Shown in pieces: positions 1 through 10,546 of a stretch of 64,000 nt of DNA (the stretch's first letter is position 1; each line of letters opens with the position of its first letter). The stretch is from positions 3,136,001 through 3,200,000 of the forward strand of contig OY759316.1 in assembly GCA_963662275.1 (NCBI GenBank), given 5' to 3'. The notes under the pieces were generated by a model. That model saw only the letters and a program-made list of their open reading frames with translations, was not told the DNA's origin and did no database searches. This DNA comes from Candidatus Cloacimonadales bacterium. Its GTDB lineage: Bacteria > Cloacimonadota > Cloacimonadia > Cloacimonadales > DAONDQ01. A program made the position numbers and the translations under genes.

Positions 1-1106
1 TCACCCGCGTTAAACCACATTTTATCTGTTGTCCTGATTCTTGCAGATTGAATGTATGATCGAGTTTCACTGTCTTTGCCACTGCCATGAAGTTCTGTTC
101 GCAGCCATCCATGATAAGACTTCTTTCACCTGTTGATCTGATGATATAGCTTAGTCCATGTTCATGCAGAAAGCTGAATAGATTTCGGTTGTCAAAGCCA
201 CGGTCGAAAATAGTTACTCCACGGTTACCACTTGCAAGAATAATCCCCACTAGCCGGTCTTCCATGATCTGAGAGACGCTATCCAGTTCCATGTTTCGGG
301 CTATCAGGTCTGAACTGATGGGTTTTATCTCATAGCCTGTACTGCCTGCCTGATAGGCAATTATATTCAGCAATGCATAGCCCTGCTGATCATGACTGCC
401 GGTGCTGCCATCACGCACCTTCTGCAATCCCTCCATCTTTTTGGCTTTGGTTTTTACGATATCACTTTCATCAACTATGATGCCTGTCTCATCATCAAAA
501 CCCTGGCACTGATGCCTAATTATTTCCGCTTGCAGCTTATCTCCTAAGGGCTTCTTATTCAAATGTCGGGTGAAACGTTCGCAGAGCTTTTTAACCGTGA
601 TTGGTTCATTTAGCTGTTTCGCTATTTGGAGCATAATTACAGATTTACTTTTCAGTATCCCTAAGCAGATATCCTGTATGAACTTATACACAGGTAGAGA
701 TTGCGTTTCTCTAAAATTATTCAGAAATTGTAACAATTTTACTTGCAAGGTTTCTCTGGTTTTGATTTGCTTCTTATTAATCATGGGTGTCTCCTTCTTA
801 GGTTTGGTTTAGTGCTTGAACAAAAGATCGGAGACACTTTTTTTGTACAGTTTTATTATGGACATTCTATATAGTTATCTTATTTTCTCACATAATTTTA
901 TAAGTTTTATTAAAATACCTGCTTTTTGCTTTTACCGTGAAAACACAACTCTTCTGTTTACCGTAAATTACAAATTGCACTAGTTTCTGTTTAGGAGTTT
1001 TGACCAACCAGTGATGTTAAACAGATTTTCAAAGTCGGCAAAACGTTTGACTGTTACTATAAACGCTTCTAAACTAATTGTTAAGAAAATTACGGGGGGA
1101 TGCCTG
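1..1106 (-). mobile_element. IS4-family insertion sequence, copy 1 (runs off the left window edge; transposase 5' part at <1..784)
   Basis: Appears identical by eye to 17179..18284 (offset 17178). Ends at the same terminal repeat ...ACGGGGGGATGCCTG (1106). Confidence 0.93.
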
Positions 1107-1164
1107 ATATAACTAATTATTTAATAGTTGCTATTTTTCTATCATTTAGTTTCGGGACATCTCC
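1107..1164 (-). mobile_element. Left end of an IS1182-like element, interrupted by IS4 copy 1
   Basis: 1118..1164 is the exact reverse complement of 34741..34787, including the TIR GGAGATGTCCCGAAACTA and sub-terminal sequence. Confidence 0.88.
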
Positions 1165-1170
1165 GACACA

Positions 1171-1626
1171 TTACTCTTTGAACAAATACTTCTCGTCAAA
1201 CGGTATTTCATATTTCTTGAGGAATGCTCTGAACTCTTCCTTGAAACTATGTTGCCTGTGATGCTCTTCCTGGTTCTTGATATATTCTATCACCATCGCC
1301 ATGTTACTCTGTGACACTGAGAATGCCCCATAGCCTTCTTGCCATTCAAATCGACAGGGATAGTATCCGGTTTCATTCAGATGTTTAGATGTACTAGCCT
1401 TTACTATCTTGGCAAATTCTGAAACACTTACATTCGGTTTTAGTGATACTAGTAAATGCATGTGTCCTTGCACTGCTTCAATCGCATGTACAAAACATTT
1501 TAGGCTACGTGCAATACCAACCATATAGGAAAGGATATCACCCTTATGCTTGGTATTGAAATAATCTGATCTTTCTTTCGCAACAAATACATAATGCATA
1601 TTGACCTGGGTATAACTATTCGCCAT
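1171..1626 (-). CDS. tnpA: IS200/IS605-family Y1 (HUH) transposase, REP-associated (RAYT-like)
   Basis: HUH motif GHMHLL, FEWQEGYGAFSVS, catalytic Tyr in EYIKNQEEHH. Start at MANSY (1626) behind a GGAGG RBS. Confidence 0.9.
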   Translation of the reverse strand: MANSYTQVNMHYVFVAKERSDYFNTKHKGDILSYMVGIARSLKCFVHAIEAVQGHMHLLVSLKPNVSVSEFAKIVKASTSKHLNETGYYPCRFEWQEGYGAFSVSQSNMAMVIEYIKNQEEHHRQHSFKEEFRAFLKKYEIPFDEKYLFKE

Positions 1627-1645
1627 TTTAACCTCCGATAATCTG

Positions 1646-2003
1646 CCGTCTGTACCGGACTGGGTGGTCACTTTGGGATCACGTATCGCCGGATTGAAAT
1701 CCGAGCGTTATTATCTATCGTCCGTACCGGACTGACTCACATATACTCGATACCATCTATCCCGTACTGCATCTATTCTGATTCCCGTAGGGAAGATACA
1801 TATTAACACTGGATTTTAATCCGGTGAAAGTACAAGCCACAAATCCAATTCCCGTAGGGAAGATACATATTAACACTGGATTTTAATCCGGTGAAAGAAC
1901 AAGCACAAATCTAATTCCCGTAGGGAAGATACATACTAACACTGGATTTTAATCCGGTGATGGTCAACAAAAACGAGTCTAAGTCCCAGCGGGACGACAC
2001 ATT
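1646..2003. repeat. REP-like hairpin cluster: three 47-bp direct repeats (1781, 1848, 1914) plus a diverged inverted copy (1686..1733)
   Basis: Unit ATTCCCGTAGGGAAGATACATATTAACACTGGATTTTAATCCGGTGA contains two small palindromes. Period is 66-67 bp. Confidence 0.88.
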
Positions 2004-3340
2004 CACTCCCCCACCTCCACCTTCCCCGTAACCACTGCTGTAATCAAAGCAGTTCTATATTCCTGCAAAAGACTGATTGATTGGTTTACTTTATCTACTA
2101 GCTTATCAATTTTATGTGTTTCTCGACCAAGATAGTTCGAGATTAGTACCTGTTCGTTTATTGGTGGTATAGCTAAATGAATATTCTCAATTACATTCAT
2201 ACCTATATTCTGTTGTGTACCAAAACTCCAACTTAATTCAATCGCTTCAAAAAAGTTACGTGATTTCATAAAGAAAAATACAAACTTAGTGATAGCTTTA
2301 TGCTTATCAGGTCTTATTACAGCTAATGGAGACCAAATATTGAATTCTTCATCTATTTCAACACAAGCGACATTGCCTGTTGTTGCACCAGATTTAATCA
2401 TAAAGATGTCACCTCTATTAGGTACATACTTTTGTGAATACCGTTTATGGTCTTCAATTGAAATACAGCCTCTTTTTTTATTAAAGTCTATTTTATCCTC
2501 TTTGATAGCTTCTGCTGAAATGAATGGAACTCCTTCTGTCAAGAATTCAGGTGTTTCATGCGGACCATCCGTTACTGGGATGCTCGTAATATGTTTGATT
2601 GCTTTCACACCCCACCCTTCCGGCACATCCCCAATCCATTCAATTCCACTGGGCTTCATTTTAGCATGGGGATCAAGACCTTTGGTGACAGCATGGGTAA
2701 TCAGAGCAGTGCGCTTTTCCTTTAAAAGTTCAATTTGTTGTTGCTTTTTAGTAATAAGAGTTTTAATTCTTGAGGACTCATGATTAAGGTAAGTTGAAAT
2801 TGATTGTTGAACTCGTTTTGAAGGTAATGCTATTATCCAATTCCTTGCAAAATCATCTGGGACTCGTTTCTGCCCACCAGCCCCGTACATGTAGCTTTCC
2901 CCAATTTTCTTGAATGGATAATTAGAAACCATATAGTACAGAAAATGTCTATCTATCATATTATTAGGACGTAATACATGAAGTTCTGTCGTTCCAAAAC
3001 CAATACAATTTTCCAAGTCTTCAATAACTGCTGCTTTCCCATTTTCAAAGCATGGAGTTATCTTAGCAAAGACCACATCACCATCAGTTAAATATGTATA
3101 TCCTTTAGAGATTTCTGCATATTCTTTAATAGAATCAAGATTTAGTTCTCCAGATTCACTTATGCTTTCCATCGGTAAAAATGAAACGGGAAGCGTAGGG
3201 TCGACAAATCCTAATTCTGATTTTGATGGGTTGACTTTACATAAGAATCTTAACCTTTTTATTTCCCATCCCTCTGGAATCTCTCCAATCCATTCTACAC
3301 CACTTGGTTTGTATTTTGGATATGGTTTCAAACGGCTCAT
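2003..3340 (-). CDS. hsdS: Type I restriction-modification specificity subunit
   Basis: Two TRDs, repeated conserved region KPSG(V/I)EWIG(E/D)(I/V)PEGW, C-terminal ALITAVVTGK. Confidence 0.95.
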   Translation of the reverse strand: MSRLKPYPKYKPSGVEWIGEIPEGWEIKRLRFLCKVNPSKSELGFVDPTLPVSFLPMESISESGELNLDSIKEYAEISKGYTYLTDGDVVFAKITPCFENGKAAVIEDLENCIGFGTTELHVLRPNNMIDRHFLYYMVSNYPFKKIGESYMYGAGGQKRVPDDFARNWIIALPSKRVQQSISTYLNHESSRIKTLITKKQQQIELLKEKRTALITHAVTKGLDPHAKMKPSGIEWIGDVPEGWGVKAIKHITSIPVTDGPHETPEFLTEGVPFISAEAIKEDKIDFNKKRGCISIEDHKRYSQKYVPNRGDIFMIKSGATTGNVACVEIDEEFNIWSPLAVIRPDKHKAITKFVFFFMKSRNFFEAIELSWSFGTQQNIGMNVIENIHLAIPPINEQVLISNYLGRETHKIDKLVDKVNQSISLLQEYRTALITAVVTGKVEVGE

Positions 3341-3422
3341 TTCTTCCCACTATTAGCAGCAGTTGTAAAAAAATCCTTTACAACTGAAAGCAAATCGAAC
3401 TTACAAATATTATTTGTGAGTT

Positions 3423-5410
3423 TCATTCCAACTCTCCTTCCAGCATCTTGGCAATCTCAGATTCAATGGCTTTCAGTTCAGATTCAATCACATCCAAAGG
3501 ACGAGGAGGCTGGTATTTGTAGAAATAGCGATTGAAGTTTATCTCATACCCGACCTTGGTTTTATCCATATCCACCCAGGCACCAGGGACATGAGGCAAG
3601 ACTTCACGTTTCATATAATCATCGATTTCAATATCGTAAGGTACATTTTCATTATCACGTAAATCTGCATCAGCTTCAGGATTGCCTTTCGCATCCTTGC
3701 AGATATCAGCTTCCTCATCCCGATAACCAAATACCATGATGCCTGCTTTAATGACATTGGCATCTGCCTTCAATGTGGTATAGGCAAGCATTTCCTTGAA
3801 CTTCTTGATGAAAGATTCACGATTCCGAATGACTCCCAATTCCTTCATTTTAATTAGATGAGTAGCTACTCCATTATCTTCAGCAACTTTCAGCAATGGT
3901 GCAATTTCTGCCGTTTTTTTCTTAGCAGATTTCAAACTATGTTGAAGAAACAGTTCGATTTTCTCATCTGTAACCTCAAAGGCTAACCTTAGCGGTCTTT
4001 CCACCGTGATGCGTTTATAAGCGAAGTCAGTATTCTTGAATATCCTTACAAACTCACCTTCTTGGAAATCACCATAGAGCCGAACAATCTCTGCTCTCTG
4101 GTCATCACAAATCTCATTGCGTTTATTTCCCAAACTCTTACGCATTTTCTTAAAGAAGGAAACTGCATTCACAAGCTGGACTTTTCCCTTCCTTTTTGCA
4201 TCCTTTCTATTGGTGACAATCCACAGGTAAGTAGATATTCCGGTATTATAGAACAACTGGTCAGGCATGGCGATGATGGCTTCCAGCCAGTCATTTTCAA
4301 TGATCCATCTGCGGATTTCACTTTCTCCAGAACCCGCTCCACCCGTGAACAAGGGAGAACCGTTGAACACGATAGCCAAGCGTGTCCCCCCTTCTTTGGC
4401 ATCTTTCATTTTATGAATCATGTGTAAAATAAATAGTAATTGTCCATCGCTGATACGAGGTAAGCCTGCTCCGAACCTGCCCCCGAATCCTTGTTTCTGG
4501 TATTCCTGTTCAATGAAGTCTTTTTCCTTTTTCCATTCCACACCAAAGGGTGGATTTGCCAGCATGTAATCAAAATGCTGACCTCGGAACTGGTCATTGG
4601 TCAGGCTATTTCCAAAGCGGATATTATCGAGGTTCTGTTCCTTGATCATCATATCCGAACCACAAATAGCATAGGACTGCTCATTGTAATCCTGTCCATA
4701 TACTTCCAGGTGAGCATCCGGATTCAGCTCAAACAGATAATCTTCGGAAACGGAAAGCATACCACCCGTGCCACAGGCAGGATCAAACAATGTCTTGATG
4801 ATACCTTTTGTTGTCAGAGTTTTATTATCAGGAAGGAAGATCAAATCAACCATCATGCGAATCACTTCACGAGGAGTGAAATGATCTCCAGCTTCTTCAT
4901 TGCTCAGGTCATAGAATTTACGGATGAGTTCTTCAAAGATACTACCCATTCCAATATTGGAAACGGTATGCGTACTTAAATCCATTTCGGCATATTTTGA
5001 GATAAGCAGATAAAGAATGTTATTTTCATCCAGCTTTGCAATGTGCTTTTCAAAATCGAAATACTTCAATATGTCCATTGCTCTTATAGAGAATGAGTTC
5101 ATATATTTTACAAGATTCTGAACCAAATGGTCAGGATCTGCTTTCAATCTCTTAAATGTGAATCTGCTGGTATTATGAAACGAAACACCGGTAATACGAT
5201 TCAGTAAAAGTTCGATGTTCTTCAGGTCACCACCTTTGCGCTTTTCAATTTCCTGGAGTACTTTATCCTTTGTGGGTTCGAGTACGCAATCCAGGCGACG
5301 AAGTACGGTCATGGGAAGAATAATGTCTTTTATTGATTGGGATGATACGGACCGCGAAGAAGATTAGCGACTGCCCAGATGTCGTTGATGTGTTTGGAGT
5401 GATTATCCAT
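3423..5410 (-). pseudogene. hsdM: Type I R-M methyltransferase subunit with a 1-bp frameshift near 5331 (remaining ORF 3423..5312)
   Basis: Motifs FDPACGTGG and NPPF. The true N-terminus MDNHSKHINDIWAVANLLRGPYHPNQ starts at 5410 and hits TAA; adding one base restores Y-K-D-I-I-L-P-MTVLRRLDCVL. Confidence 0.8.
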
Positions 5411-5520
5411 GTTTTAATTACCCTCTACCTCATTATGATAATTTATAATTACAAATGACGATGTTTTGTGTCAAAGATTTTATTGGATTAAGTTGTGTAG
5501 CGCTTTCTTTAGGAGGAATT

Positions 5521-5611
5521 GTGTCACCGCCTACGGGGTTCGAATGGTACATGAAATCCGTTACCCATAGCTTACACTATGGGCTATCATCTTTTATCCC
5601 TGCGGGATTTG
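5521..5611. repeat. REP-like hairpin element resembling the tnpA-flanking repeats
   Basis: Palindromes ATCCCTGCGGGAT and CCCATAGCTTACACTATGGG; terminal GTGTC...CCTACGGGG. Confidence 0.6.
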
Positions 5612-5644
5612 TAGCACAGACAGTCTTGTCTGTTTTGTGAGAGA

Positions 5645-6400
5645 GTCGTCCCGACCTCGAAACGAAATGCAGAAGGTTCTAGGTTCTAGGTGCTAGGTGC
5701 TAGTTTCAGAGAGGAGCAGAAGGAGCCCTGGATCCCCGATCAGGTCGAGGATGACATGATTACGAATGGTAGTTAGACCGCACAAACTACAAGCTAGTAA
5801 CTAAAAACTATAAGTGGCAGAAAAGAGCAGTACAGAAGTTGCTATAAATCGATAAAAAGTCTGCTGCAAAATTAAGTAAGTTTCATCTAGGATTCATCTA
5901 GGCTTTATCTAGGCATCATCTAGACTTTCTTAGATTTTCTTAGGAAGAGGCATTATTCATATCCTTTTTCAACCCTTTTTTGTATTTATAGTGGATCCTT
6001 GTGAGAAAAGGCAACCTGAAGGATGCCACTACAGTACACTCTTGGCACCTAAATGAGGTAGTAAGCAGGTACTAGTCAGATCCTAATCAGCTCCTAACCA
6101 GCTCCTAAAGTATTTTATTTTCTGATTAGTACATGGTTAAAGCTTATTTACTTCCAAATATCCTGGTCATTTAAGAGCCGCTCGTGGGGAGAAGCTGTGG
6201 GCAGAAGCTGATAGTTTATAGCTGATAGTGAAGAGGGGAGCAGGATTAAACTCATCTAGAAGTGCGAAGTACGAGGTGCGAAATTCGAAGGCAGAGAAGA
6301 GAATCAAACTCTCCGACACTAAAGTGCCACCTCCCTTCATCTGAAGGGAGGAATGGATCTTCCCTCTTTTGAACAAAAGAGAGGGGCTGGGGGTGAGTCA
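5645..6400. repeat. Non-coding mosaic of short repeats (7-mers, 11-mers, GTAG-type and C/G-run palindromes)
   Basis: AGGTTCT/AGGTGCT 7-mers, TCATCTAGGNT 11-mers, GGCAACCTGAAGGATGCCACTAC, CCTCCCTTCATCTGAAGGGAGG. No credible ORF. Confidence 0.7.
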
Positions 6401-6439
6401 TTAAAAGAGGCAAATCTCATCTAACCTGTTACTTCTTCC

Positions 6440-7216
6440 CTATTTCTTGCTTATGCCTCTCTCGCTGTCCTTCACAAAATCAATGAAGATCTTCTGTTCC
6501 GGTAGCAGGTTTTCCATTTTATCGGCAACTTCCATTGCCTGGGTTGTATTTAAATCGGAATGATAGAAAAGTTTATAGACTTCTTTGATAGCTGCCACAG
6601 TTTCAGAGCTGAAGCCCTTTCTCATGAGACCAACACTGTTGAGTCCCACGATCTCATAAGGATTGCCTTGTCCCCTGGTATATGGAGGAACATCCTTTTT
6701 CACAGCAGAAGCCCCTCCCACAAAAGCGTACGTTCCGATATGAACGAATTGGTGGATACCAACTACACCACCAATCGCAACATGGTCTTGAATAATGATA
6801 TGTCCAGCCATATTCACTGCATTGGCAATGACAACATAGTTTCCCACGTGGCAATTGTGTGCCACATGCGCATATGCCATCAATAGATTGTGATTACCCA
6901 CGGTTGTCGATTCTTCCGTACTATTGGAGCAATTAATAGTGACAAATTCGCGTATTGTATTATCATCACCAACAATGACCGTTGTCGGTTCGCCGTTATA
7001 CTTTAAATCCTGGGGATATGTCCCGATTACAGCGAATTGAGAAATTCGGTTCCGGTTACCGATTTTCGTAATACCATCCACGATAACATGTGATAAAAGC
7101 TGATTATCTTCACCTATCTGTACATTTGGTCCGATGATGCAATAGGGTCCAATGACTGAATTATCACCAATGATTGCCTTAATATCTACGATTGCAGTTG
7201 GATGAATTGTTACCAT
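6440..7216 (-). CDS. lpxA: UDP-N-acetylglucosamine O-acyltransferase
   Basis: Hexapeptide repeats, PQDLKY, HVAHNC, HQFV, GLNSVGLMRKGF. Confidence 0.97.
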   Translation of the reverse strand: MVTIHPTAIVDIKAIIGDNSVIGPYCIIGPNVQIGEDNQLLSHVIVDGITKIGNRNRISQFAVIGTYPQDLKYNGEPTTVIVGDDNTIREFVTINCSNSTEESTTVGNHNLLMAYAHVAHNCHVGNYVVIANAVNMAGHIIIQDHVAIGGVVGIHQFVHIGTYAFVGGASAVKKDVPPYTRGQGNPYEIVGLNSVGLMRKGFSSETVAAIKEVYKLFYHSDLNTTQAMEVADKMENLLPEQKIFIDFVKDSERGISKK

Positions 7217-7218
7217 CT

Positions 7219-8610
7219 CTATTTCTCCATTATCTTCGCGAGGAAGTCACCCTCACACACTTTATCTTCTCCGACAAAAGCTTCCCCATGCATTTTGGTC
7301 AGGGTTCTCTTCAGGGAAAGTACCGTCATTACAAAGCGTAAAGTATCACCGGGAAGAACTGGCTTACGGAACTTCACATTATCGATGGAAGCAAAAAGAG
7401 CTATGTAATTCTGCGGCTCTTCAAGTTGGTTCAACAGCATGATACCACCTGTCTGTGCCATCGCTTCCAATATCAGGACACCAGGCATAATGGGTCTCCC
7501 GGGAAAATGACCTTGAAAGAATGGTTCATTGATCGTCACATTCTTGATTCCCACAATCTTCTCACCGGGAATAAACTCGATGATCTTATCCACTAACAGG
7601 AAAGGATATCTATGCGGAAGAATACGCATAATAGCATCAATATCAAAGACAATATCCTTGGTTTTCTGTTTCTGGTATATCTTCTGAAGTTTTTTCTTCT
7701 TTTGAATCTGACGAAGTTTCTTCACTAATTCCACATTGGTCTTGTGACCGGAACGGGCAGCCAGGATATGCCCTTTAATTGGAATACCCAGCAGGGCAAT
7801 ATCACCAATTAAATCTACGACTTTATGGCGTACAAATTCATTGTAGTATCGTAAAGGATGACTATTCAGAATCCCTTCCTTCGATACAGTTACTGGTTCA
7901 TGATAAGCAAAGATATCCTGCAGATGTTGTAATTCAGCTTCGCTGATATTGGGTTCTGCAATCACCAGCGCATTTTCAAGTGAACCACCCTTGATGAGAT
8001 TAGCTTGTTTCAGCATGAGAATCTCATTCACAAAACAGAATGTTCGAGCTGACGCAAATTCCTTTTCATAGAAAGATAAATCGGGAAGCCAAGTATATTG
8101 AGTACCCAGATTCGGGTGCTTATAATCGATCATAAATGTTACTTTCAATTCATTGGAAGGAATAATCACAATATCTACATTTTCTTTAGGAGCTGAAAAA
8201 TTGATTGGTTCATCAAATTCGAAGTATTCTCTTTCGGAATCCTGCTCTACAAGTCCAACATGCTTCAGCAGGTTCAAAAAAACAATCGCACTGCCATCAG
8301 CAACCGGTGCTTCCGGTCCATTGATCTCAATCCGTATATTATCAATCTGTAATCCTTTAATGGCAGACAGGACATGTTCAATTGTACCAACAGTGGCATT
8401 CTTAATACCAATCGTCGTTCCCCGTGAAATATCAACGACATGATCAATATCTGCTGGTATTTCCGGACTTCCGGGTAAATCAGTTCGAATAAAAACAATG
8501 CCTTCATCCTTAGATGCAGGCTTAAAGGTAATCGTGGAAATCTCTCCTGAATGTAAACCGATACCGGTATAACTGATAGCACCACCGATCGTTTGTTTTC
8601 TTTCTGTCAT
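7219..8610 (-). CDS. lpxC-fabZ: Bifunctional LpxC deacetylase / FabZ dehydratase
   Basis: GIGLHSG, TIEHVLSA, EFVRHKVVDLIGD, then LPHRYPFLLVD and GHFPGRPIMPGVL. Start likely MTERKQT. Confidence 0.96.
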   Translation of the reverse strand: MTERKQTIGGAISYTGIGLHSGEISTITFKPASKDEGIVFIRTDLPGSPEIPADIDHVVDISRGTTIGIKNATVGTIEHVLSAIKGLQIDNIRIEINGPEAPVADGSAIVFLNLLKHVGLVEQDSEREYFEFDEPINFSAPKENVDIVIIPSNELKVTFMIDYKHPNLGTQYTWLPDLSFYEKEFASARTFCFVNEILMLKQANLIKGGSLENALVIAEPNISEAELQHLQDIFAYHEPVTVSKEGILNSHPLRYYNEFVRHKVVDLIGDIALLGIPIKGHILAARSGHKTNVELVKKLRQIQKKKKLQKIYQKQKTKDIVFDIDAIMRILPHRYPFLLVDKIIEFIPGEKIVGIKNVTINEPFFQGHFPGRPIMPGVLILEAMAQTGGIMLLNQLEEPQNYIALFASIDNVKFRKPVLPGDTLRFVMTVLSLKRTLTKMHGEAFVGEDKVCEGDFLAKIMEK

Positions 8611-8670
8611 TTGATGATATCCTTCCCCGGTTATCATTACATAAAGTTGGAAACCGAGAGGTTCATTACG

Positions 8671-9711
8671 TTATTTATCTTCTTCTTTAGTGGTTTTACT
8701 AACGTGTTTCCAAATCTCCGGCAAATGCTTTTCCACTGCTATGATTCGCATACGCAGACCTGCATCAACAGCAGGAGTGCCAAATAATCTGGCACCTTCC
8801 GGTACAATTCCTTTCACACCGGATTGAGCACCAACCATAACTTTATTGCCAATTTTCACATGATCACCCACACCTACCTGCCCGGCAAGATATACGATAT
8901 CTCCAATTTCGGAACTTCCACCGATACCGACATGTGCACATAACATGGTGTGAGATCCTATTTGAACATTGTGACCGATTTGAACAAGATTATCCAGTTT
9001 TGTATCTTTCCCGATGATTGTTGAACCTAAAGTAGCACGATCCACGCAACTGTTGGCACCGATTTCCACATCGTCTTCAATAATCACGTTCCCGAGTTGG
9101 GGTATCTTTTCCTGTTTACCTTCATAAAAAAGATAACCAAAACCATCTGCCCCAATCACAACACCAGCATGAAGGATAACTCTGTCATGAATAATAGTGT
9201 CGGGATATATGGTCACATTGGGAAAGAAATGACAATTCCTGCCAATCTTCGTATTACTCATGATCACAGTATTGGATTCTATGATTGTATGAGAACCGAT
9301 TTCAACATGATCGCTGATGACAACATTCTCACCAATTTGGATATCATCCGGTAATTTCGCAGTAGTGGAAATAACGGCTGATTTGGCAATACTGGTCACA
9401 AATTGCTGTTCATCTAAAGCCATCCATTGTTTGACAATCATCATGAATGAAATATATGGCTTCTGAACGAGTAAGAGGTTCAAGCCGGGAAGTGTGTCCG
9501 GATCGAAATCTTCCTTAACAAGCAGTAAACCGGCTTTTGTATGCTTTGCTTCTTCCAGGTATTCATCATTATCTAAAAAACAGACTGTGTGTTCATCTGC
9601 AACAGATAACTCTGCCACATTATTCAGTGAAGTATCCAATCTTTTATAGAGTTTGGATGGTATCTGAGAAGCGATCAATTCAGGATTCAGAACTAACTGA
9701 AAGCGTTTCAT
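8671..9711 (-). CDS. lpxD: UDP-3-O-acylglucosamine N-acyltransferase
   Basis: [26 protein letters not shown], hexapeptide repeats. Confidence 0.96.
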   Translation of the reverse strand: MKRFQLVLNPELIASQIPSKLYKRLDTSLNNVAELSVADEHTVCFLDNDEYLEEAKHTKAGLLLVKEDFDPDTLPGLNLLLVQKPYISFMMIVKQWMALDEQQFVTSIAKSAVISTTAKLPDDIQIGENVVISDHVEIGSHTIIESNTVIMSNTKIGRNCHFFPNVTIYPDTIIHDRVILHAGVVIGADGFGYLFYEGKQEKIPQLGNVIIEDDVEIGANSCVDRATLGSTIIGKDTKLDNLVQIGHNVQIGSHTMLCAHVGIGGSSEIGDIVYLAGQVGVGDHVKIGNKVMVGAQSGVKGIVPEGARLFGTPAVDAGLRMRIIAVEKHLPEIWKHVSKTTKEEDK

Positions 9712-10338
9712 TTATTTCTTTTTAGGTTTATCTACTGTCTTAGCCGGTGGTGTTACTGGGTTCGCTGATTGATCCTGCTTTGATGGATTTGCTGGATTAA
9801 CGCTGCTATCAGATGCTGGTTCAAGACCCCTATTCATCTCCGCTACGATTTGGTCGGTAATGTCCATATTCTGTTTAGCATAAAGCACGACGCCGGTGCT
9901 GACATCAAGAATGAGTGAATAGTTTTCATCCACAGCGATTCTTTCAATAATCGAATTGATCTTCTTGGTAACGGGTTCAATCAGCTCCTGGTAACGTTGC
10001 TTGGCTTTGCCATTTTCGCCAAAGAACTCGTCGACCATACGATCACGTTCTGACTTTTTTGCATCAATCTTAGTCTGGGCTTCTTTTTTACCGGATTCTG
10101 TCATGGTCAGTTTTTTCTTTTCAAAATCAGCATCAAGCTGTTTAGCAGTATCATCTAACTCTTTGATCTGGGTTTCCCAGTTTTGGCGTTCCGCGGTAAA
10201 AACCCGCTGAATTTCCTTCGTATCGTTGCATTCGGAAATCACTTTATCTGTATTGATATAAGCAACTTTGAACGCTTGTGCCCAAGCGATGGTGGTCAGG
10301 AATAATCCCATGACCATGAGTATTAATATCTTTTTCAC
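9712..10338 (-). CDS. skp: OmpH/Skp periplasmic chaperone
   Basis: Signal peptide, KVAYINTDKV, coiled coil, DITDQIV; lies upstream of lpxD. Confidence 0.9.
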   Translation of the reverse strand: MKKILILMVMGLFLTTIAWAQAFKVAYINTDKVISECNDTKEIQRVFTAERQNWETQIKELDDTAKQLDADFEKKKLTMTESGKKEAQTKIDAKKSERDRMVDEFFGENGKAKQRYQELIEPVTKKINSIIERIAVDENYSLILDVSTGVVLYAKQNMDITDQIVAEMNRGLEPASDSSVNPANPSKQDQSANPVTPPAKTVDKPKKK

Positions 10339-10510
10339 AATTCCTCCCGAACTACGTGATTTAATCTCATTTTTTTATTTCTTTCACAAATTAATATACT
10401 TCTTTTCAGTCAACGAATAATTTTATAAACCTCATTTGTTTGTACTTGTAGCGTTTTCTAACTAAATAAATGAAGGCAAACTATCAGTTGTTGAAAGAGG
10501 ATTAGAAATG

Positions 10511-10539
10511 AAAAGTCCCGAGGTTTGCACCTCGGGACT
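10511..10539 (-). terminator. Intrinsic terminator after gcvPB
   Basis: AGTCCCGAGGT-TTGC-ACCTCGGGACT 11-bp stem, followed by a T run on the minus strand. Confidence 0.85.
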
Positions 10540-10546
10540 GTCTAAT

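Noticed and set aside
570..812. 80-aa plus-strand ORF present twice (also 17748..17990)
   Set aside because: Antisense shadow of the IS4 transposase; it is duplicated only because the IS is.
1781..1960. CRISPR-like array of three 47-bp repeats
   Set aside because: Spacers are only 19-20 bp and nearly identical to each other, and there are no cas genes. Better explained as tandem REP-like units.
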